Source of the DNA: Chiloscyllium plagiosum
Taxonomy: Eukaryota
DNA: 64,000 nt
Assembly: GCF_004010195.1 (NCBI RefSeq)
Contig: NC_057718.1
Span: forward strand, 70,515,025-70,579,024
Direction: 5' to 3'
A model generated the notes under the pieces. The model saw only the letters and a list, made by a program, of their open reading frames with translations. It searched no databases and was not told where the DNA came from. The position numbers were made by a program, and so were the translations under genes. Below are positions 37,280 to 50,329 of this stretch, piece after piece (position 1 is the first letter of the stretch; each line of letters begins with the position of its first letter).

Positions 37280-38295
37280 CAATGCCAAGACTGACATGTT
37301 GTCTTTCTAAACTAAAATCCTTTTACATCTGCACGGTCTGTATTACTGTTCCCTGACTCTTCACGTATCTGTTAACGTGCATCTTAAATTTGCTATTAAT
37401 CTGCCTCCACCACCTCTGGCACATTCCAGGAACTTGCCACTTTTTTATGAAGAAACCACTTGCCCCTCTCATCATTTTAAACTGACTGTTTCTTTTTAAC
37501 TTTAAACCTACATCCCCTCGTATTTGACATTTCTACCCTGGTGGAAAAAGGCTCTTGACTTATCCATTCTATCCATGCCCCTCAATTTTGTAAAATTCTA
37601 TCGGGTCATCACTCCTTCAATGCTTAAGTGAAAACTAACCAAGTTTGTCTAATCTCTCAAAAAAATACCCTCCAAATCAGGCAGCATCCAGGTAAACCAT
37701 TTCTGTAGCTTTTGCAAAGCCTCTCGATCCTTCTGGTAATGTGGTAACGAGAACTCTGCATAATATTCCAAATGTGACCTAACTGAAGTTATAAACAGCT
37801 GCGACATGACTTGCCATGATTTTATACTCTGCCCTGACTAAGGCTGTATACCTTTTGACCACCTTACCTATTTGTGTTGCCACTTCCAGGGAACTGTGGA
37901 CTTGCATACCAATGTTACTTTATATGTAAATACTTCTTAGTGTTCAACCATTTACTGAAGAAGGGCTTATGCCTGAAACGTCGATTCTCCTGCTCCTTGG
38001 ATGCTGCCTGACCTGCGCTTTTCCAGCAACACATTTTTTTTTTCTCTGTTCTACCATTTTACTGCATACTTCCCTCCTGCATTTAGATCTTGCAAAATGC
38101 ATTGTGGTGCATTTGGCTGGACTAAACTGCCCAAGGCTCCAGCCTATGTACTTCCTGCTGTATCCTCTGGCAATCTTCATTTTCTGCAACTTGCTCAATC
38201 TTTGTGTTGTCTGCAGCCTTATTAACCAGGCCACTAGCATTCTTCAAATTATGTGTCAACGGGATCACAGTGGATCACAATCCCTGTGGAACACC
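37280..38295 (-). mobile_element. CR1-like LINE 3' fragment, continuing at ~39405-39660 beyond the Tx1 insert
   Basis: gagaactctgcataatattcca (EY.VQFW-like) and WSLGQFSPAKCTTMHF on the minus strand. Confidence 0.65.
37955..38046 (+). mobile_element. Short PLE insertion starting exactly at an intact hammerhead core (37955-37982)
   Basis: CTGAAGA-A-GGGC-TTAT-GCCT-GAAACGTC. Imperfect TSD tgttcaaccatttactg (37941-37957) and tgttctaccattttactg (38047-38064). Confidence 0.8.
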
Positions 38296-38299
38296 ATGT

Positions 38300-39405
38300 A
38301 TTTTTATTTCAAATATCCTTTTATTCATAAAGGATATCTAATGTATATACATAATCACAAATTCAAACTGGTCTGTATCATAGCATATCAAGAAAACAAA
38401 CATTAGAGTTTGACTATCCAAAAATAACCAAAGGCATTTCTTTCTTGAACCAGGCTATATTTGTGTATTTGAGGTGCTAAGAGTCTGATAACTGAATAGA
38501 CCCCATTTAACTTCAGAAAGACCTCAGGTAGTTGCCTTTCCCTGCTGCACCTTGGCGACAGCTGCCCTAAGCTTTCGTGCCTCAGCATGTAGTCCTGGAC
38601 CTTTGGAACATGCTGGTCTGCAACACTCGGTCAGGGTCAACTCCTTATTCTGGAACACCAAGTTTCAGGCAGACCAATGAACATCTCTTAGAGTTGATGA
38701 TCCTCCCAGGCATTTAATGTTTGTTTGTAGTGGTGTGTCCCAGAGACCAGATCAGAGCACAAAGTCCAGTCATGGAGCTGCTTGGGGGAAAAACCTCAAC
38801 AAAAACTGTATCTTTCTCCAGGCTGTGTTTGCAAAGGCGTGTTCCAAAAGGAGATGTGTGACAGTCTCTAACAACATTCACCACCCCAACCCCAAAAAGG
38901 GGCCCAAGCATGTGTGAAGGATCTCTGTGTCCTGCTCACCACCTGCCAAGCAATGTTGTGGTGTTTGTTGGAAAGTTCTGTTAAGTCATTCTTTCAAATT
39001 CATTTGGCAGTTTGCTCAGGGAACGGCACTATATGACCCACACTCTCCTTTTTCCTGTGGCGTTTTAACACTGCTTGTTGACCACTTTCTAATAGACTTG
39101 TGGTCAAAGGTGTTCTTTGCAAATTTCTCCATGAAGGGCAGGTGATAGTGGTCCAACTGCTTGCAGTGTTCCATGGCAATGAGGCCAGTCCCATCATTTG
39201 CAACAATCGGGTCAAACAGAACCTCAGCACGTAGTGACAGTGTGTGCGTGTACCAAGGATTTATACACAGCTTGATGCAGCTGCACACAAAGGTGACCAT
39301 CAGGGTGAAGGCAGTGTTGGGTGCGTTCGTACCCTGCCCCTTTATCCAGCACTTTGTGCAAGGCATTCCTGTGGTCACAGGCCATCTTAGATTTCCAGAT
39401 GAATA
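38300..39405 (-). mobile_element. Tx1/L1-clade LINE 3' fragment
   Basis: Minus peptides LFIWKSKM...LDKGAG, APNTAFTLMVTFVCSCIKLC, HSLEKDTVF; aataaa and A-rich tail at 38300-38330 on the minus strand. Confidence 0.7.
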
Positions 39406-39790
39406 ACCTTTTTATGTGGCACCTTGTCAAATGTCTTCTGGAGATCCAAGCACAGTGCGCCAACAGATTCCCCTTATCCACAGTGTGATTTCCTTTCAAA
39501 GGATTCCAATAAATAGGTTAAATGTCTTTTCTTTCCACAAACTAGGTTCTTGCTTTCTCTTTCCCTTTCTGAATTTTTCCAAGTGCTCAGCTACATCTTC
39601 TATGATTCTAGCACCTATCCCAAAGCAGACATCAAGATGGCCAAGAGTTTCCTATTTTTCAGTCCTCTAATGGCAAAAGCCTGTGTAAGTAAATAAGTGA
39701 TGTTAAATTTAATTGTTTGCCGTCTAACTAAGAAGGCACTCAAAGTATGGGAGCTAACTTTCTATGGTTAATGTAAAATTGCTTTTTTAA

Positions 39791-39973
<183 letters not shown>

Positions 39974-40269
39974 TAATGGTAAGCTGTGGATCACTAGGTA
40001 CTTGCCAGGGAAGGAAAATAAAAGCTTTCATTGGGCAATGATGGGATTAAGATAAATTGGAGAAGCAGTGAATTAATTATCCCTCTTTCAATACAAAATG
40101 GATAAGAGGTTCTGAAAGAGCCTCCAGTGTTTGGGTTGAAACACAATATTCAATGTGATGCATTGAAGAATCTTAACCAAAACATCTCTTTAACAGGTTA
40201 GAACTGAGAAAACAATGCCTGTCTAAGTCTTTTTCCCCTTTATTTGAAGCCATCTGTAGTGGTGATTAT

Positions 40270-40660
40270 TAATAGCACCAATTGGTATTAATGCATTTCA
40301 ATGTAATAAATCGTGGTGCACTTCAGAGGGACATTATAAAGCAGAATTTGACATCCAGCCACAACAAAACACTGAGTACTTGACCAAAAACCATGGTTGA
40401 TGAGGCAGATTTTAAGATGACAAACCTTTTTGAGAAGTCACAAGTGATAGAGGTCGAAGCTAGACTGGCAGCTAGCTTCAGTACATTATTAAACAATAGT
40501 AATGGTGAGGAAGAAAATTTGGGCAATGAAGGGAAAGAAACTGTCTTTAGTCCTTATACAGGACAAGGCATGGACCATGAAAGGGAACAGGGAATCATAA
40601 GAGCTGAAATCCAGAAGGAGGTGGGTGAGTTTAAACATTTTTCTGAAATTGGGCCAATAA
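40270..40660 (-). mobile_element. Old L2-like LINE 3' end
   Basis: aatttgacatccagccaca...tgaccaaaaaccatggttgatgaggcagattttaag resembles fish L2 tails; reverse complement resembles 28370-28500. Confidence 0.4.
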
Positions 40661-40979
40661 TTTAAACAACTTCTGGGGTGATGAAGTACTGTGATTTAAT
40701 AGTTTAAATGCTTAAATTATTTAATTTTGCATGACTGTAACTGTTTCCAAACATTAAACCCTAATAATTTGAACAAATTACAATAAAGATGGCAGGGCAG
40801 TTGGGGGATACCAGAGTGATATTTAGCAACCACATCTCTAGTTTGAGTTTGAAGTTCAAGAAACTTTGGCGCAATAGTTGAGCAAGATTGAAAACTCTGC
40901 ATTTAAATAGGGAGAAAGGTTCCTGGAACTTTATTTTTGAAAAAGTTTTATATCCCATGAATTGGGTGTTTCAAGTAAT

Positions 40980-41290
40980 AGCATGCTGAGCATGAAGGTT
41001 TGTTTTCAGACATTTTGTCACCACACTAGTAACATAATCAGTGAGAGCCTCTGGTGAAGCGCTGGTTGTATGTTCTGCCTCTTTATTTATAGGTCTTGTT
41101 GTTTTAAGGTGGGTGATGTCATTTCCAGTTCTTGCTTTCCCAAGGGAAGGTAGATAGGATCTAAATCAATGTGTTTATTGATGGAGTTCTGGTTAGGATG
41201 CCATGCCTCTAAGAATTCTCGTGTGTGCCAGGTGAAACAAAGACACAGTCTGAAAACAAACCAAGCTCAGCGAGCTAACTTACATATCTA
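40980..41290. mobile_element. Poseidon-type PLE fragment, fold-back
   Basis: Minus arm 40985-41225 (gatgccatgcctctaagaattc = EFLEAWH); plus arm 41248-41287 repeats the tail. Confidence 0.7.
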
Positions 41291-41510
41291 CCTTTTTTTT
41301 TCCTCCGCTACATTGATGACTGCATCGGTGCCACCTTGTGCTCCCACGAGGAGGTTGAACAGTTCAACTTCAACACATTCCACCCCAACATAATTCATCT
41401 GGACCATCTTTGACACCTCCCTTCACTTCCTGGACCTCTCTATCTCCATCAATGGTGACTGACTCAACACTGACATTTTCTACAAACCCACCGACTCCCA
41501 CAGTGGATTA

Positions 41511-42440
41511 GGTCAGGCAGCATCCAGGGAACAGGAGAATCGACGTTTCGGGCATAAGCCCTTCTTCAGGAATGAGGAAAGTTTGTCCAGCAGGCTAAGA
41601 TAAAAAGGTAGGGAGGAGGGACTTGGGGAGGGGCATTGGAAATGGGATAGGTGAAAGGAGGGCAAGGTGAAGGTGATAGGCCGGAGTGGGGGTGGGCACG
41701 GAGAGGTCAGTAAGAAGACTGGAGGTTAGGAAGGCAGTGCTGAGTTCGANNNNNNNNNNNNNNNNNNNNNNNNNNNNNNNNNNNNNNNNNNNNNNNNNNN
41801 NNNNNNNNNNNNNNNNNNNNNNNNNNNNNNNNNNNNNNNNNNNNNNNNNNNNNNNNNNNNNNNNNNNNNNNNNNNNNNNNNNNNNNNNNNNNNNNNNNNN
41901 NNNNNNNNNNNNNNNNNNNNNNNNNNNNNNNNNNNNNNNNNNNNNNNNNNNNNNNNNNNNNNNNNNNNNNNNNNNNNNNNNNNNNNNNNNNNNNNNNNNN
42001 NNNNNNNNNNNNNNNNNNNNNNNNNNNNNNNNNNNNNNNNNNNNNNNNNNNNNNNNNNNNNNNNNNNNNNNNNNNNNNNNNNNNNNNNNNNNNNNNNNNN
42101 NNNNNNNNNNNNNNNNNNNNNNNNNNNNNNNNNNNNNNNNNNNNNNNNNNNNNNNNNNNNNNNNNNNNNNNNNNNNNNGACCTCTCCGCCCCCACCCCCG
42201 TCTGACCTATCACCCTCACCTTGACCTCTTTCCACCTATCACATTTCCGACGCCCCTCCCCCAAGTCCCTCCCTCCTACCTTTTATCTTAGCCTGCTGGA
42301 CAAACTTTCCTCATTCCTGAAGAAGGGCTTATGCCCAAAACATCGATTCTCCTGTTCCCTGGATGCTACCTGACCTACTGCGCTTTTCCAGCAACACATC
42401 TCCGGCTCTGATCTCCAGCATCTGCAGACCTCACTTTCTC
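41511..42440. mobile_element. Young PLE fold-back insertion spanning the gap, 14-bp TSD
   Basis: cccacagtggatta at 41497-41510 and 42441-42454; 41511-41707 is the reverse complement of 42179-42374. Hammerhead intact on minus 41542-41569, decayed on plus 42317-42344. Confidence 0.85.
41750..42178. other. Assembly gap (429 N)
   Basis: Run of N characters. Confidence 1.
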
Positions 42441-45041
42441 CCCACAGTGGATTACCCAACCTCCTGCAAAAATGCTATCCTTTATTCCCAATTCCTCTAC
42501 CTCCACCGCATCTGCTCCCAGGAGGACCTGTTCCACCACAGAACACGCCAGATGGCCTCCTTCTTTAAAGACCAATTTCCCCTCCCACGTGGGGGTTGAT
42601 ACCCTCCAGCGCATCTCATCCACTTCCTACACTTCTGCCCTTGAACCCCCACCCCTCCAACCGCGATGACAGAACCCCCTACTCCTCACCATCATCCTTT
42701 GTCCTCTTTATCATCCTCCACCATTTCCACAACCTACTCCAGCACCAGAGATATTTCCCTCCCCACCCCACCTGCTTTCCATAAAGACAGAAGTTAAGTT
42801 CCCTCCACAACTGCATCGTCAGGTCCACGCCCCCCCACCCCAACTTCATCCTAAGCCCCAAAGAAGCCATCAAAGTTTCACCTGCACTTCCATACATCTC
42901 ACTTACTGTATCCATTGCTGCTGATGCAGTCTCCTCTGCGTTGAGGAGATAGGATACCTACTCACCGAGCGTTTCAACGAATGTCTCTAAAACACCCGGA
43001 CCAACCAACTCCACCAGCCCGTGGCTGAACACATCAACTTCCCCTCCTGCTTTGCTGAGGGCATGCAGGTCCTGGGCCGCCTCCACTGCCACTCCTTATC
43101 ACCCAATGCCTGGAGGAAGAATGCCTCATCCTCTGCTTCGGGACTCCAACTCTGATATCAATGTGGATTTCACCAGTTTCATCATTTTTCTTTCCCCCCC
43201 CTGCCCCACCTTATCCCAGTTCCAACCTTCCAGCTTAGCACCGCCTTCATGACCTGTCCCATCTGTCTATCTTCCTTACAACCTATCACCTTTTAACCCC
43301 ACCTATTGTACTCTCCAATACCGTTCTCCCCCAGCCCCACCGTCCTCCCGTTTCCACCCGAGGCTCCCAGCCTCATGCCTGATGAAGGGCTTTTGCCTGA
43401 AACGTCAATTTTCCTGCTCCTTGGATGCTGCCTGAGCTGTGTTTTTCCAGCACCACACTCTCTTGACCCTTGCATGTCATCAACCTGAGCTACAAATATT
43501 CTCAAATCGTTAGGTGTATCAATTTTAGGCTGTGGCCAACCGCTGGAAGATGTGAAAAGGAATAGGCCATCTGGCCCCTTGAGGCTGCTTTGCTGTTCAA
43601 CAGGTTCTTGGTTGATCTTTTTGTGGACTCACTCCACTTACCCACCTGCTCACTATAATCTTCAATTCCTTTACTATTCAAAACTCTGTCTACCTTTTGC
43701 CTTAAATACATTCAACAACATAACTTCAGTTGCTTTACTGGATAGAGAATTCCACAGATTCACAACCTTTTGGGAGAAGAAGTTTCTCCTCAACTCATTC
43801 CTAAATCCGCTCCCCCTTTTTATTTTTGAGGCTGTGACCCTTAGTTCTAGTTTCACCTGGTAGTGGAAACAACCTCTCTGTTTCTATCTTATCTATTCTC
43901 TTCATAATTATAAGTTTCTACAAGCTTCCCCACCATTCTAAATTCCAATGTGTATAGTCCCAGTCTACTCTCTCTCCTCATAAGCCAACTATCCCCATTC
44001 CAGAATCAACGTAGTGATCTCTTCAACACCCCTTCCAGTGCTAATATATCCTTTTTCAAGTAAGGAGATCAAAACTGTATGCAATATTCCAGGTGTGATT
44101 TCACTAGCTGCAGCGTAACCACCTTGTTTTTAAACTCTTGCCCTCTAGCAATGAAGGACAGTATTCCATTTGCCTCCTTAATTGATCTGCAGGCACAGAT
44201 AATGTTGTGTGATTCATGCACAAGGACACCCAGGTCCCTCTGCACAGCAGCATGCTGTAATTTCTTTTTACCGGTCCCTCTGCACAGCAGCATGCTGTAA
44301 TTTTTTTTTTACCACTTTATATTCCATTTTGCTGTTTATTCCAACCAAAGTGGATGACCTCCCATTTATTGAATTTGTACTCCATCTGCCAGACCCATTC
44401 TATAATTCTACTGCAGACTTTCAATGTCCTCTGTACACTTCACTGGACTACTCATTTTAGTGTCATCTGTGAATTTTGACACATTACACTTGATCCACAA
44501 CTCCAAATCATCTCTAAATTGTAAACAATTGCAGCCCAAACACTCAGCTCCATATAGAAAAGCACCTGTTTGTCCCCACTCTTGTGCTGTTAACCAATCC
44601 TCTATACATCCTTATACATTACCTGAAATGCTGTGTCTTACACAGCAGCCTTGTGTGCAGGACTTAGTTGAATTCTTTCTGAAAATCCACAAAACACCCC
44701 ATCCACTGGTTCCCATTGTCCACTGCACTCATAATGTCCTCAAAGAATTTGAATAAATTAGTTCAACGTGACCAATCTTTTCATGAACCAGTGCTGCTTG
44801 AATAGTTTGTCTGAATGTCTCACTATTTATTCCTTAATAGATTCACGCATTTTCCCCACTACAAAAATTAGGTTAACTATAGAACTGTTAGCTTATCTTT
44901 TGTCTACCTCCATTTTTCTAAACAGTGGTGTTGCTTGCTAGTTTCCAATCTGCTGTAACTGCCCCCAAAGTCCATCAAATTTAGTGAATTACCATGAGCG
45001 CATTTGCTATTTTCCCCTACCCTGGGATGCATTTCATCAGG

Positions 45042-45174
45042 TTCTGAATCAGTGGTGCTGGAAGAGCACAGCAATTCAGGCAGCATCCGAGGACAGGCAG
45101 CCTGAATTGTTGTGCTCTTCCAGCACCACTGATCCAGAATCTGGTTTCCAGCATCTGCAGTCATTGTTTTTACC
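45042..45174. mobile_element. 133-bp PLE fold-back insertion (no hammerhead core), perfect 14-bp TSD
   Basis: tgcatttcatcagg at 45028-45041 and 45175-45188. Confidence 0.85.
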
Positions 45175-46288
45175 TGCATTTCATCAGGGCCAGGCGATGT
45201 CTGTCTTTAGTCTCATTAGCTTGCCTAACGTTACCTGATTAGTGACAATGATCGATCCTCTGTCCTCACCTTCCATAGCCTCCTTGTCACCAATTATTGG
45301 CATGTTTATTGTCTTCAAATGTGAAGACTGATACAAAACACCTGTTCAATGCATCAGCCATTTCCTCACATCCATTATTAAATGCGCCTTCAAATCCTCT
45401 AAAGGACCAATGTTTATCTTAGCCTCTATTTTTGGCTTTATATATTTATAAACATTTTTGCTATCTGTTTTTATATTATGAGCTAATTTACCCTCAATCC
45501 ATCTTGCCTTTCTTTAGTGTTTTTTTTTGTGTGGCTTTCCTTTTTACCACTTAAAGATTTCCCAATCCTTTAGTTTCTACTCATCTTTGCAACTCTGTAT
45601 TTGCTTCCAATTTTATACCCTCCTTTTCTTTCCTTTAGTTATCTATGGCTAATTATCCCTTTCCTAGTCTTTCCTTTTTCAGTGGTAGAATATTTTTGCT
45701 GAACAATGAAAAATTTTGAAAGTTTTTTTTTAGATTTGATTAGATTAGATTACTTACAGGGTGGAAACAGGCCCTTCGGCCCAACAAGTCCACACTGACC
45801 CGTCGAAGCGCAACCCACCTATGCCCCACCCCCAAACCATCCCACTGTAGTCTCCTCTGTTTAAGCGCAAAACATTGGTATTGGATTTTTGCTTCTCTCC
45901 CACCATCTGTATTTTAAATTCAACCCTACTGTTATTGCTCCTTCAGAGAAGGTCCTTAACTGAGACATTAATTATTCCTGTCACTTTTTTATACGGGACC
46001 AGATCTAGGATAGCTTATTCCCTCGTAGGTTCCTCGAACAATGGGTAATGGAACCTATCGTGGATACATTCTCGAGGAACTTCTCCTCAAGGCTGCCTTG
46101 ACTGACCTTGTTTTGACCAATCAATATGTAGATTAAAATTCCCCATAATAATTGTTGTACCATTTTCACATCAATTGTTTTCTTTTATTGCCTGTTCCAC
46201 CGTGGTATTTGGTGGCCTATAGACTACATCTATCGATGACATTTTCTCCTTTTTATTATTTCTAATTTCCACCCACATAGTTCTGTAG

Positions 46289-46582
46289 AGGGTGGCATGG
46301 TGGCTCAGTGGTTAGCACTGCTGTCTCTCAGTGCCAGGGACCTGGGTTCAATTCCTGCCTCTGGCAACTGTCTGTGTGGAGTTTGCACATTCTGTGTCTG
46401 TGTGGGTTTCCTCTCACAATCCAAAGATGTACAGGTTAGGTGAATTGGCTATTCTAAATTGCCTGTAGTGTTAGGTGGATTAGTCAGGGCAATGGGTCTT
46501 GGTGGGTTGCTCTTTGGAGGGTCGGTGTGGACTGGTTGGGCCGAAGGGCCTGTTTCCACACTAAGAGAATCTAATCTAATCT
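46289..46582 (+). mobile_element. HE1-like V-SINE
   Basis: gggtggcatggtggctcagtggttagcactgctg head; aatctaatctaatct tail. Confidence 0.85.
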
Positions 46583-47519
46583 GTAAGGAATCAATGTCAT
46601 CTCTCACTGCCATCCTGATGTGTTCCTTAAATATTAGAACTGCTTTGTGATTTGTACTGTCAACTCATTTGCTTTGTTTTAAATGCTACAAGCATTCCAG
46701 TAAAGTGCCCTTATGCTCATTTTAATTCCTTTTTAGCTTCTTCTGGTAGAATTAAGATTCATTGTCCTTAAACATTCTCACTTTTCTGTCACTACCTGGT
46801 TTCCACTCCTCTTAATGCTACATTGCTCAGCTGCTTCTTGCTTTTTATGTACTATCTTAATTCTTTTCTCAAGCTCTCACCCACTCTTGCTAACTCAGAG
46901 CCTTAGGTTCCCATTCCTCTGCCAAACTAGTTTAAAGTCCACCCAACAGTGATGACACCAATATTCTTGCAGGTGGTTTTGCTACACTGGGCGAAGACCG
47001 TCTCTCTTCAACAGGTCCCATCTTTCCTAGAAACTGACCCAATTATTCAGAAATCTAAAGCCCCCTCCTACCCCACTTCCCAGCTACCAAATCTACCAAT
47101 TCCTAGCCTCGCCAGATGGCGCAAGTAACAATCAGGAGATTACTACCTTTTTTGAGAACCTAGTTTTCCATCTAGCTCCTAATTTCTCCAAGTTTAGCTC
47201 TCTGGATCACCATGCCTCGTTTTTAACCTAGGTCATTGATACCAATGTGTAACACAACTGATGGTTGTCTCCCTTCCACACCCCCAAACCACCCTCACTT
47301 ATCACTACAGTCCTAACAGCCTTTTTCTACCTGGTTGGTGCAGTTGAGCATCCTGTGATACTGCAGGTTTTGGTTTGCTGCAATTCCTTAAGGCATTATC
47401 ACCATCACCAGAATTCAGCACAGAGTACCGATTGGCTATTGGAATGGCCTTGGGGTTGGGGTCTGCTGGATTACTTACCTCACCTTTTGTGTGTGTGACA
47501 GTTACCCATTCTCCATCCT

Positions 47520-47945
47520 GCCACGCTTACCAGGATGTTACATAGTATGGAGGGAAGGCCTTATGAGGATTTGAGGCTGTTTTTGTAAGAGAGAAGGAGG
47601 TTGAGAGGTGACTTAATTGAAACATCAGATAATCAGAGGGTGAGGTAGGATGCACAGTGAGAGCCTTTTTTTCCTTTGGTGACGGTTAGCACAAAGGGAC
47701 CTTGCTTAAAATTGAGGGGTAATAGATATTGGACAGATGTCAGAGGTAGGTTCTGTAGGGATGTGGAATGCCCTGCCTACAACAATAATAGATTTGTCGT
47801 CATTAAAGGCATTTAAATGGTCATTGGATAACCGTATGGATGATGATGAAATAGTGTAGGTTAGATGGGCTTCAGATTGGTTTCACAGGTTAGCGTGACA
47901 TCAAGGGCCAAAGTGCCTGTACTGCACTGCAATGTTCTACATTCT
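47520..47945 (+). mobile_element. CR1 3' end (same subfamily as 14520-14955)
   Basis: Direct similarity, including the gatgggcttcagattg...gcctgtactg...gttcta tail. Confidence 0.8.
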
Positions 47946-47949
47946 GTTG

Positions 47950-50110
47950 TCTGAGACAATCCTCCTCACTTTCAACAACATCGCCAAGCTGTGTCTTCTG
48001 CAAACTTTGACTATAGAGGGTATAATCCCATTCAAGTCATTAATGATCATCATAAACAAGGATACTAGCACTGATCCCTGTCGTACATCACTAGTTAGAC
48101 TTACATTCACACAAACCAGCTGCATCCATCAGCCTTTTGCCTTCTATTTGCAAACCAGTTTTACATCCACTTTGCCAACTTGTCTTGGGTCCCATGGGCT
48201 CTACCTTTTCTTTTTGGCCCAGCCTTCCATGTGGGACCTTTTCAAAAGCCTTAATGAAGTCCATGTAGACATCAAATGCACTGCCCTTATCAAAATATTT
48301 AATCACCTTATCAAAAAAACTTGTCAAGCAAAATCTCCCTCTAACAAAACCATGCTGACTATCCTGTCTCTCAAAATCTCTTCCAATAATTCCCCTGTAA
48401 CTGTCATACTACCAGGTCTGTAATGACCTGGCATAAGCCTGCTGTCCGTCCTGAACAAAGGTACTAAATAGCCAGCCTTCAGCCATCTGGCACTTCACCT
48501 ATGGCCAGCAAAGTATTAAATATCTCGGCAAGCTCAGCACCTCAGCAAGCTACTCCCTTGCCTCTTGTTGCAGCAGGGATGCATCTTCTCAGGCCTTTTG
48601 GATTTATTCACTTTTTTATTTGCCTGCTAGGTCATCTAATATATTTTATTAATCTTAACATATTCCAGGATCTCAATACACCAACTGAAATCCCCAGCTT
48701 CAATGTCTTCCTACTTCGTGAATACAGATAAGAAATATTTATTTAAGACCTCACCCACATCCATGCTCAGTTTGCCCCTTTAGTTTGTAATAGTCCCCTT
48801 GGTAATCATCTTTGACTCAATATACTTGCTAAACCCCAAGGCATTTTCCTTAACCCTATGTGCCAAGGGTATTACATCACCTCTTTTTGCCATCCTCCTT
48901 TTAAGCACCCCTCATCCTCCTGAAGGCTATGCTGTTTTAAGTACTGTACCAAACATTTCTTCCTCCTTTATCAAACTGTCTATCCCCTGACATCTAAGGT
49001 TTCCCGCACTTGCTACTCTTGCCCTTCGCTCTTAGAGGAACACCTTGGCTCTTAGAGGAACACCTTGCTTTTCCAAATGTAGACTTGCTTGCAAATAGCT
49101 GCTCCCGATCTGTTTGCCAGATCCTATATATCTATTCTTAGAGGAGAAAGTGAGGTCTGCAGATGCTGGAGATCAGAGCTGAAAATGTGTTGCTGGAAAA
49201 GCGCAGCGCTGTGCTTTTCATATCTATTCTTAGCCCTTTCATAATGACTTTGAAACTCCCCAAAATGCTCACTCACTTGACTGGTTCATTCCCCTAAAAT
49301 TAGGTCTATCTATATACAGGCACAAAAAGCTCTTGTGATTGCACTTTAAAAATTCCAGCCCATCTTATTCTTTCACACTAAAGCAATCCTAGATAATGTT
49401 GGTGCATTTGAATTTCCCCTAAGAGTTTGTCTCACTACTTGTGATTTGCGTACATATTTGCTCCTTTCATTCCTTCTGGAAGGCCAGCAGTATAATACCA
49501 ACAAAGCAATTGAATGCTTTTTTTTGCTTTCTTTCTAAGCTGCTTCGAGCACTGCCTCATCCGCAGAGCCTGTTAGGACATCATCTCTCACATCATTGAT
49601 GGTTTCCTTTTTAATCAATAATGCAGTGCCTCCACTACCTTTTCTCTCATCCATATCCACCCCCAACTAACCAATCACACCTGAGCTTTTATACCCTGGA
49701 AAGTTTGAGGTGCTAGCCTGCCCTTCAACTATGTCTCATTTGATTGCAACAATATACAGATCAATGTTTAACGTTAGTCTTACCAGTCAGGCTCCAAGCA
49801 TTAAAATAGATGCAGTTCAGCTCTTACTTCCACATGCCTTTATCATGCCTAGGTCTCTTCCACTTGCTAGACTGTCCTACTATGTGTCCTACATCTGAAT
49901 GGTCTTTGATCCTGACGTTGCCTCTACTCTGTGCACCATCCCCTCCCAAAGTAATTAAATCTCTTCAACAGCAGGAGAAACTGTTCCAGCCAAGATATTG
50001 GCCCATTCCAGTTCACCAGCCCAGCTTGTACAGGCCCCACCTCCACCATAAATATGCCAGTGATCCAAAAGGCAAAAACTCCCTCCTACATAACCCTTTT
50101 AACCAGGCAT
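47950..50110 (-). mobile_element. Old CR1 LINE body
   Basis: VYMDFIKAFEKVPHGRL and VRQGSVLVSLFMMIINDL on the minus strand. Confidence 0.75.
49142..49219 (-). mobile_element. 78-bp PLE tail insertion with micro-inversion, perfect 14-bp TSD
   Basis: atatctattcttag at 49128-49141 and 49220-49233; gaaaagcgcagcgctgtgcttttc hairpin at the element 5' end. Confidence 0.85.
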
Positions 50111-50329
50111 TCATGTGACATTTGCTATTCCTATAAGAAGCATGAGGCACCAAAAGCAATCTGGAGATTACAACTTTATTACTCGTCGTCTTCAGTCTAC
50201 CATTTCTCGCTCCAATCGTGTTGCAGGATCTTACTCTTTTTGTATCATGTCTTACTTAATAATATTCATTAGCAATCATTGGCTAACGAGTATGATTATC
50301 CATCTAGAAATTGTCACTAATCATGGGTT

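Larger units (their letters stand above)
41290..43470 (+). mobile_element. PLE with RT core, GIY-YIG and terminal repeat, interrupted at 41511-42440
   Basis: LRYIDDCIGA, FLDLSISI, DIFYKPTDSH, AILYSQFLYLHRICS; intact hammerhead core CTGATGA-A-GGGC-TTTT-GCCT-GAAACGTC at 43379-43406. Confidence 0.85.
43545..47520 (-). mobile_element. Near full-length decayed CR1 LINE with nested SINEs and a PLE piece
   Basis: RNFFSQKVVNLWNSL, VQRDLGVLVHES, HLEYCIQF, PDEMHPRV on the minus strand. Confidence 0.8.

Noticed and set aside
41686..42291. Long ORFs containing X
   Set aside because: Artefacts of the N gap.
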